DNA of 38,420 nt from the IMG/VR virus record IMGVR_UViG_3300037043_000403, positions 1 through 38,420 of that record. One strand, written 5' to 3'. Positions 32,327 through 38,420 of this stretch are shown here, piece by piece (the stretch's first letter is position 1; each line of letters starts with the position of its first letter). The position numbers were made by a program, and so were the translations under genes. The notes beneath the pieces are model-generated. The model saw nothing but the letters and a program-made list of their open reading frames with translations. It ran no database searches and was not told the DNA's origin. The stretch comes from a virus (lineage: Duplodnaviria > Caudoviricetes).

Positions 32327-35257
32327 ATGGCCTATGACCTGAGAACAGCCGGCGTGCCGGTGATCAGCGAGTCCAGCGGTCTCTCGACGCCGACCGTGCT
32401 GCCGGCGTTCGGCGCGCCGGAGACGCTGGAAGCCCTGCGCGACGCGGTCAACGAACTGTGGAACCGGATGGGCGTCATCGCGGCGCATTATCAGCAGACG
32501 GAGTATCGCTATCCGGAGCGGCATGTCTGGGAAGTGCTGGAAGCGCTGAACATCTTCAACCTGACACACGGCACGACGTTGCCGGCGGCGCGCAAGGACG
32601 GCACGCCGCTGCAGGCCGGCGACATGCACGGCGATTATTCGCAGCCGGGCATCCCGCTGCGGCCGCTGATCTATGACGGCGAGAATTTCGTCAGCTTCCT
32701 GCTCGATATCCAGCCGGGCGGCGCGATGATCGACTCGCTGCTGTCCTACCTGCTGGTCAATCTCGATGTGATCAATGCGCCGAACCAGGCGCTGGTCGAT
32801 GCGCTGCGTACGGAGCTGCGCGACGGCGCCACAAGCGCGATGGATACGTTCGCGCTGGTCGAGGCGGCGATCGCTGCGCTGCAGGCGCTGGTCGAGGCGG
32901 TGGACTTCGACAGTCCGGCGTTCACCGGGGCGCCCACGGCGCCCACAGCTGCGCCCGGCACGGACACGACGCAGATCGCCACCACGGCGTTTGCCAACGC
33001 GGCGGCGGCGGCAGCTCAGTCCGCTGCGGCGGCCGCCTCCGTGCCGCTCGCCCAGAAGGGCGCGGCCAGCGGCGTCGCCGAACTGGACGGGTCCGGCAAG
33101 GTGCCCGCGGGCCAACTGCCCTCCTATGTCGATGATGTGATCGAGGCGGCCGACTTCGACTCCCTTCCGGGCACGGGCGAGACGGGCAAGATCTATGTTA
33201 CGCTCGATGATGGCAAGGCGTTCCGGTGGTCCGGCTCGGCCTATATCGAGATCGTCGCCTCGCCGGGCTCGACCGATGCGCTGGCGGAAGGCGCGACCAA
33301 CAAGTATTTCACCGACACGCGGGCGCAGGACGCACTGGCCGACGCTCTCGCGGGCAAGCAGGCGCTGCTTTCTGGCGTCGCAGACGTTCCGGGACTCGTC
33401 GCGCTGGTCACCGGCAAGGTGGATGGCCGAAACGTTGCGAGCTACACCGCTGCACGGGCGCTGTCCGGCCTTGTGGTCGGAGAGCTGGTTTCCGTGGCCG
33501 GGCGCACGTCGGCCGGCGACGGAGGGGAAGGGCTGTTTCAGGTTCTTGCCTCCGGCACGGATGATGGCGGCGTCGTTCTGGTCATGGCCGACTCGAAGGC
33601 GCTGCGCCGGGTCGGGGTGACGAAATACGTCGTCAACTGGTTCGGATCGTCGGCGGACTGGGGCGCGGCCTTTACGGCCGCTGCGGCGGCCACACCGAGT
33701 GGGGGCGGCGTGGTCCAGTTCCGGCCCGGCGGGGACTACTTGTTCACGACACAGGCATACGCCAAAAAGTCCAACCTGGTTGTCGAATGCTGGGGCGCGA
33801 TCATCCGTCCCCGGTTTGCGGGCGGGCCGACGTTCAAGTTCGGTGACGGAACGTCCGCAATCATCAAAAACACCATCCTCGGCGGCCTCTGGAATCCCGG
33901 GAGCGCCAGCGATGGCGGACCTGATCAGCCGATGTGGGAGACGCGCGGCCTGACGGGCTTCCGCACCATTGGCGTCACCAGCGTCAACAACTGGGCGTTC
34001 CATAAATGGGGAGACGCTGGTGACGCAGTTTTCTCGTATCAGTGGTGGGCGACCGACTGCAAGTTTGATCTTCGCAGCAACGCGAATGGTGGGCACGCCG
34101 CATACGGCGTCCAGTGTGACGGCAGCCTCGGCGGGTATTATGCCACCAACACATTCATGACCGGCGATGCGGTGAACGTGGCCGCGGTCATGGAGATGTT
34201 CCAGTTGACGGCGGCGCAGGGGCCGGACCGATTTGACGGCTTCAAGGTCGAGGGCGGCAACATCGTCAAGGTCGATTACGGCATTCGCGCCGTGGATGCC
34301 CGGATCGTCAACGTGGATCTGGGCGATACGTGCCGGATTGATGACGTGCAGCTCTGGGCAATGTCGGTCGAGGTATCATCCGGCGCAGCCAAGGGTGGGT
34401 GCGAGGACGTTACGTTCAACCCGGTGCTGGGCGGTTTCTACAAGGGCGGCGGCCTCAGGGTCGTCAACGACAGCGCGTCGATTACCTGCGGCAAGATCCA
34501 CGCCGCGCCCGACTCTTCAAGCGCCAAAAACTCGGTCGTCCTGATCGACAGCAACGTCGCCAACAACATCTCTGAAGTCACGATCTTTGGCGTGTCGATC
34601 CAGTCCTACGACCCGGACACCACGACAAACCGACCGATTTCCATCAGCGGCACGATCTCCGGCGTGCTGGTGGACGGCATCAATTACACGAAGAAATCCG
34701 GCGCCGCAAACGAGCCGGACTACCTGATCTATAACGATACGCCCAGCACAGCCTCGGTTCGCATCGGGGCGAGCATCAGGGCCAACCCGGACGATTTCGG
34801 AACGGGCGTCGTGTATGACCCGAACGAAGGCAACCTTGCCATTGGCCGATATTGCGCGCTGAGGCCGGACGGGACGCTGCGCCGGTCGCACAACATCACG
34901 TTCACCAAGCAGAACCTTGCGGCGGGCCTTAGTGTTTCGCTGATCGGCATCGACAGCGAGTTTGTGTTTGCCGCCGCTGCGCCAGGGCGAGGCCGGTGGA
35001 CACAGATTGCGGTGTCGCTCTCGCAGGCCGTGACGGCGGACACGCTGCTTTTGGGAGTGGCCTCGGGCGCCGCCATACACGCTAATCTCAGGGCCGAGTT
35101 CACGTCCGCTGACGGACAATACAAGGTGACGCGCTACCCGGCGGGCTCCGCCATCTTTGCCGAGGCCGCCGCGCTTCAGGCGCGGGTGACGACCGGTGCA
35201 TCATTCACGCCAACGACGCTCGACTGCTGCCTCGTCGGATTGTTCGAGGAGATGTGA
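32327..35257 (+). CDS. Tail fiber / tailspike with probable beta-helix domain
   Basis: Fiber motifs SPAFTGAPTAPTAAPGTDTTQIATTAF, KGAASGVAELDGSGKVP and TDALAEGATNKYFT. Pectate-lyase-like start VNWFG..DWGAAFTAA..GGGVVQFRPG. Confidence 0.85.
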   Translation: MAYDLRTAGVPVISESSGLSTPTVLPAFGAPETLEALRDAVNELWNRMGVIAAHYQQTEYRYPERHVWEVLEALNIFNLTHGTTLPAARKDGTPLQAGDMHGDYSQPGIPLRPLIYDGENFVSFLLDIQPGGAMIDSLLSYLLVNLDVINAPNQALVDALRTELRDGATSAMDTFALVEAAIAALQALVEAVDFDSPAFTGAPTAPTAAPGTDTTQIATTAFANAAAAAAQSAAAAASVPLAQKGAASGVAELDGSGKVPAGQLPSYVDDVIEAADFDSLPGTGETGKIYVTLDDGKAFRWSGSAYIEIVASPGSTDALAEGATNKYFTDTRAQDALADALAGKQALLSGVADVPGLVALVTGKVDGRNVASYTAARALSGLVVGELVSVAGRTSAGDGGEGLFQVLASGTDDGGVVLVMADSKALRRVGVTKYVVNWFGSSADWGAAFTAAAAATPSGGGVVQFRPGGDYLFTTQAYAKKSNLVVECWGAIIRPRFAGGPTFKFGDGTSAIIKNTILGGLWNPGSASDGGPDQPMWETRGLTGFRTIGVTSVNNWAFHKWGDAGDAVFSYQWWATDCKFDLRSNANGGHAAYGVQCDGSLGGYYATNTFMTGDAVNVAAVMEMFQLTAAQGPDRFDGFKVEGGNIVKVDYGIRAVDARIVNVDLGDTCRIDDVQLWAMSVEVSSGAAKGGCEDVTFNPVLGGFYKGGGLRVVNDSASITCGKIHAAPDSSSAKNSVVLIDSNVANNISEVTIFGVSIQSYDPDTTTNRPISISGTISGVLVDGINYTKKSGAANEPDYLIYNDTPSTASVRIGASIRANPDDFGTGVVYDPNEGNLAIGRYCALRPDGTLRRSHNITFTKQNLAAGLSVSLIGIDSEFVFAAAAPGRGRWTQIAVSLSQAVTADTLLLGVASGAAIHANLRAEFTSADGQYKVTRYPAGSAIFAEAAALQARVTTGASFTPTTLDCCLVGLFEEM

Positions 35258-35258
35258 C

Positions 35259-35804
35259 ATGACCCCGCTCCCTGCCACCTATGCCTGGCTGTCCAAAGAG
35301 CCCGCGCCCCGGATGCTGCTCGAAGGCCTGAAAACCTTCGGCACGCTGGAAGCTCCGGGGGCGGAGGATAACCCGGTCATCATGGGCTGGGCGCGCGAGA
35401 TTGGCATCAAGCGGATCGAAGATGCCTTCACCTCCGACGCCGTGCCGTGGTGCGGCCTCTGGATGGCGGTCATCGCGCACCGCGCCGGCAAACCGGTCAA
35501 CGCCAACGCGCTCTGGGCGCGCAGCTGGCTCACCTGGGGCAACAAAGTCTCCGGCGAGCCGAAGCTCGGCGATGTGCTGGTGTTCCGGCGCGGCCAGACC
35601 AGCGGGCATGTCGGCGAATATGTCGGCGAGGATGCTCATGCCTACCACGTGATCGGCGGCAACCAGGGCGATGCCGTGTCGATCACCCGGATCGAAAAGA
35701 GCCGCCTGCTGGGCGCGCGCAACTTCTATGCCACCGCCCAACCTCCGAACTGCCGCCGCGTCTTCCTGAAGGCGAGCGGGAGCCTCTCCACAAACGAAGC
35801 CTGA
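35259..35804 (+). CDS. TIGR02594-like NlpC/P60-CHAP cysteine peptidase, putative endolysin
   Basis: EAPGAEDNPVIMGW, DAVPWCGLW, ARSWLTWG, GDVLVFRR, GHVG and IGGNQGDAV. Confidence 0.88.
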   Translation: MTPLPATYAWLSKEPAPRMLLEGLKTFGTLEAPGAEDNPVIMGWAREIGIKRIEDAFTSDAVPWCGLWMAVIAHRAGKPVNANALWARSWLTWGNKVSGEPKLGDVLVFRRGQTSGHVGEYVGEDAHAYHVIGGNQGDAVSITRIEKSRLLGARNFYATAQPPNCRRVFLKASGSLSTNEA

Positions 35805-35829
35805 ACCCTCCCGAAAGGAGACCTGACCG

Positions 35830-36294
35830 ATGTTTGCCTACCTCCAGAAACACGCAGCCCTGCTCGCCGCGTCCGTCGCGCTCGCGCTGTCCGGCTGCAA
35901 CACCTTCACCGACCTGCGCGCGCCTCCGAACATCTATGCCAATGCCGAGTCCGTGGCCGAGACCACGCTCGTCACGATCAAGGCCTTCGGCGCCGCCCAG
36001 GACACGATCATCACGGTCTGCGGCCCGGCCGTCGCCGGCACGGTCGAGGGCGATGCCTGCGCCGCGATCATCCCGGCCGAGCAGACCCTGCGCCCGGCCG
36101 TCACCGCCGCCGCGCTGATCGGCGCCGAGTATGCCGACATCGATGCCCGCATCCGCGAGCTGGGGCCGAAGGCGCCGGCCGAATGGCTGCTGGCGGCCGC
36201 CGAGATCGCGGGCCGACTCGCCGCCGCCTATGACCCGGTCCGGGCCGAGGTGGACAGCTTCATCACCAAGGCAGGCGACCTCACCGGCAACTGA
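35830..36294 (+). CDS. Lipoprotein in the lysis region
   Basis: Signal peptide with lipobox LSG-C and AAAGGAG SD. Confidence 0.8.
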   Translation: MFAYLQKHAALLAASVALALSGCNTFTDLRAPPNIYANAESVAETTLVTIKAFGAAQDTIITVCGPAVAGTVEGDACAAIIPAEQTLRPAVTAAALIGAEYADIDARIRELGPKAPAEWLLAAAEIAGRLAAAYDPVRAEVDSFITKAGDLTGN

Positions 36295-36345
36295 GCCGGA
36301 CGCCTGCCGCCTATCCCTTCAAACCGCCAGACCGGAGCAAACCCA

Positions 36346-36660
36346 ATGGCCACTCTCACAACCATCCTCTCCACCGCCGAGCGCGCGCTCGGCATCCTGC
36401 GCATGCTGGAGCCCGTGCTGGGCGACGGCTCGCCCGTCGTCGGCAAGGTGCTCGAAGTCGTCGCCAAGGCGCTCGACGGCGCCCGTGCGGGCTCGAAAGC
36501 CTATGCGGCGCTGCTCGATGAACTCGACGGCGTCGTGTCGGACTTGGAGTCGATCCGCGAACGCGGCGGCGTCACGGGCGGTGACTTCCGCGCCGAGGCC
36601 GCCGCCATCGCGGCGCGCGGCGACAATATCGACGCGATCCTCGCCCGCCTCAAAGGCTGA
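36346..36660 (+). CDS. Hypothetical helical protein
   Basis: 104 aa, GGAG SD, amphipathic helices. Confidence 0.78.
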   Translation: MATLTTILSTAERALGILRMLEPVLGDGSPVVGKVLEVVAKALDGARAGSKAYAALLDELDGVVSDLESIRERGGVTGGDFRAEAAAIAARGDNIDAILARLKG

Positions 36661-36727
36661 CCTGCCGAACCGGACCGGGCGGGCCTGCGGGCTCGCCCGG
36701 CCATTCACCTCAACACGGGAGGCTGAC

Positions 36728-37015
36728 ATGCCCAAGACCACATTCCCCGCCGCCTGGCGCCTGACGCCGCTCGAGACCGCGTACCTGGTCAAACTCCGCT
36801 CCGGCAAGATCATCGGCGCGGGCGACCTGATCGCCCTCCATGCCGGGGTGCCGCTGAAGCCCGCCCATGCGCGGCGCAATGTCCGCCGCGTCATGGCCGG
36901 GCTTCGCCGCAAGCTCGATCCCGTGAACGTCGAGATCAACACGCGCTGGGACGAGGGCTGGATCCTCGACCGCGCGGCCCGCAGCCGGCTCACGGCGCTG
37001 ATGGGGGCGAAATGA
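36728..37015 (+). CDS. Stand-alone OmpR/PhoB-type winged-helix protein
   Basis: WRLTPLETAYL...RNVRRVMAGLRRKL...INTRWDEGWIL, with GGGAGG SD and no receiver domain. Confidence 0.78.
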   Translation: MPKTTFPAAWRLTPLETAYLVKLRSGKIIGAGDLIALHAGVPLKPAHARRNVRRVMAGLRRKLDPVNVEINTRWDEGWILDRAARSRLTALMGAK

Positions 37016-37431
37016 CCAGCGGTCCGGCAGGGAACGAGGGCGAAGACAGGCGCCATCTCACCCAGCCCTCGGACACGCTGCTCTGGGGCCGGTTCGTCGC
37101 CATCCTGACACTGGCCGGCGGCGCGTTCGTCTGGTTCGCCGCCAACTACGAATCGATCAAGCCGGCGCTGGAAAGCCCGGCCTTCCTGATCGTCGTGATG
37201 GTCTCGACCTATGGGCTGGGCGGGCTGTCGGCCTATTGGGTTGTCGCCCGCCCGCTGGAGAAGCGCCTGCAGGCTGCCGAGAACGTGATCAACCGGCTGC
37301 GGGCCGACGAGCGGTCGATGCGGGACCAGATCGCCGAGCTGCGCGTCATCATCGCCCGGCACGAGACGGCTTTGCAGATTCTTCAGTCGCCACCGAAGAA
37401 GACGGCGCGCAAGTCCGCCCCGAAAGTCTGA
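37012..37431 (+). CDS. Two-TM membrane protein with coiled coil (holin- or spanin-like candidate)
   Basis: Two hydrophobic helices, a coiled coil and a basic C-terminus, in the lysis region. Confidence 0.6.
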   Translation: MTSGPAGNEGEDRRHLTQPSDTLLWGRFVAILTLAGGAFVWFAANYESIKPALESPAFLIVVMVSTYGLGGLSAYWVVARPLEKRLQAAENVINRLRADERSMRDQIAELRVIIARHETALQILQSPPKKTARKSAPKV

Positions 37432-37481
37432 CGCCACCCGAATTCCCGGCGGACGTTTCCTCCCCTGCTGCCGGGTGTACC

Positions 37482-37515
37482 TGCCCGCCGCTCCCCTCGG
37501 GCGGCGGGCGTTTTT
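37482..37515 (+). terminator. Rho-independent terminator
   Basis: GCCCGCCGC/GCGGCGGGC stem followed by GTTTTT. Confidence 0.8.
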
Positions 37516-37569
37516 CCGTTCACGCCCCGGCGCCGGGCAGGCGTCTGACCTCCCCGAAAGGATCCCCCG

Positions 37570-38145
37570 ATGAACAACACGTTCAAGGATATCGGCGAGC
37601 GCATCGACGCGCTCGTCACGAAAACCAAGGGCCACGCCGCCGACCGCGACGCGAGCGCCGAAGCGGCTGTTGCCAGCGAAGCGGCGCGCATTGCGGCCGA
37701 ACGCGAACTGGTCGCGGCGCATGCCGCCCAGCTCGAGGCCTATAATGCCGTGATCGCCTTCATTGCGGCGCTCGCCCCCCTGCCGCCACTAGTGACCGAT
37801 ACGGCCGCCGCGCTCGCCGAGAAGGCGGCGAAAGAGGCAGAGGAAGCGCGCCTGAAGGCGGCGGCCGAAGCCCGGGCGGAAGCTGACCGGATCGCCGCCG
37901 ATCAGGCAGCCGCAGCCGCAGAAGCCAAACGCCTGGACGACGCGGCGAATGCGGCCGCCGCAGCGGCCGAAGCGGCCCGGATCGAAGCCGAGCGCGCAGC
38001 CGCCGCCGCAGCTCTCGAGGCTCCGGCGCCGGCCGCAACGCCGGAGCCCGCCGTACCGGAAGCCGAAGTCCCGGCCCCGGCCGCCACGGAAGTGCCGCCG
38101 GCCTCGACGGTGGTCGCCTTCGAGCGGCCCGTCGATCACGGCTGA
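37570..38145 (+). CDS. Ala/Glu-rich coiled-coil protein with Pro-rich tail
   Basis: 191 aa, AAAGGA SD, bracketed by two terminators. Confidence 0.75.
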   Translation: MNNTFKDIGERIDALVTKTKGHAADRDASAEAAVASEAARIAAERELVAAHAAQLEAYNAVIAFIAALAPLPPLVTDTAAALAEKAAKEAEEARLKAAAEARAEADRIAADQAAAAAEAKRLDDAANAAAAAAEAARIEAERAAAAAALEAPAPAATPEPAVPEAEVPAPAATEVPPASTVVAFERPVDHG

Positions 38146-38153
38146 CGCCTCCC

Positions 38154-38170
38154 GGCGAACCCGGTTCGCC
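38154..38170. repeat. Dispersed palindrome copy 6 (GGCGAACC-C-GGTTCGCC)
   Basis: Perfect 17-bp palindrome between the last rightward gene and its terminator. Confidence 0.9.
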
Positions 38171-38187
38171 CCGCGCCTGTCCAGGTC

Positions 38188-38218
38188 GCCCGCCGCCTTT
38201 CGGGGCGGCGGGCTTTTT
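38188..38218 (+). terminator. Rho-independent terminator
   Basis: GCCCGCCGCCT-TTCG-GGGCGGCGGGC followed by TTTTT. Confidence 0.9.
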
Positions 38219-38234
38219 GCGCTTCACCGGCGCG

Positions 38235-38420
38235 TTATCCCGGCGCGCCGCCCGCCCGCCGCGCCAGCTCCGCCGCCAGCGCCTCGTCCACGATCCGCGC
38301 AAGGTCGCGCACCGCGCCATTGCGCGCCGCCGGCATCAGCTCGCCCCGGCCCAGCGTCAGGAACAATTCCTGCGCGCGGGTCGATTGCAGGGCGAGGTAA
38401 ATCACTTCGAGGCGGGGCAT
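38235..38420 (-). CDS. Small hypothetical protein at the window edge
   Basis: 61-aa ORF starting at the last base and converging on the terminator. May extend beyond the window. Confidence 0.5.
   Translation of the reverse strand: MPRLEVIYLALQSTRAQELFLTLGRGELMPAARNGAVRDLARIVDEALAAELARRAGGAPG

Larger units (their letters stand above)
1..38420. mobile_element. Temperate siphovirus prophage (HK97/lambda-like), near complete
   Basis: Integrase, cI/cro switch, replication gene, terminases, HK97-type portal/protease/capsid, tail tube, tape measure, tail tip, fibers and lysis genes lie in canonical order. att sites are not seen. Confidence 0.97.

Noticed and set aside
30828-35257. Diversity-generating retroelement or invertible fiber cassette
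   Set aside because: No reverse transcriptase or invertase, and no template/variable repeat pair noticed.
1-38420. attL/attR direct repeats
   Set aside because: The window begins at the integrase stop and ends at a start codon, and I found no matching terminal repeat. The att sites probably lie outside.

Overview
The window is an essentially complete, GC-rich temperate siphovirus prophage with an HK97/lambda-like layout. It is trimmed at gene boundaries (integrase stop at base 1, a start codon at base 38420), so att sites are not visible. GapR-, GcrA- and GTA-like genes point to an alphaproteobacterial host (inference). The leftward arm carries a tyrosine integrase, an Xis-like gene and a large ParB-family protein. 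The immunity region has an XRE repressor and a cro-like gene with 17-bp operators. The early genes include an adenine methyltransferase, two ASCH-like proteins, a GcrA-like protein, a beta sliding clamp, a 43-aa GapR-like peptide missed by the ORF track, DUF5131, and a replication initiator with internal iterons and DnaA boxes. HNH/terminase/portal/protease/capsid, tail genes with a -1 frameshift, two receptor-binding proteins and an atypical lysis region follow. The most striking unexplained signal is the palindrome (G)CGAACC-N-GGTTCG(C), present six times across the prophage (three copies intergenic, three inside genes, one just upstream of the ParB gene). This suggests a KorB/OB- or parS-like ParB system with no ParA. 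All protein calls come from motif recognition and gene order, not database searches.
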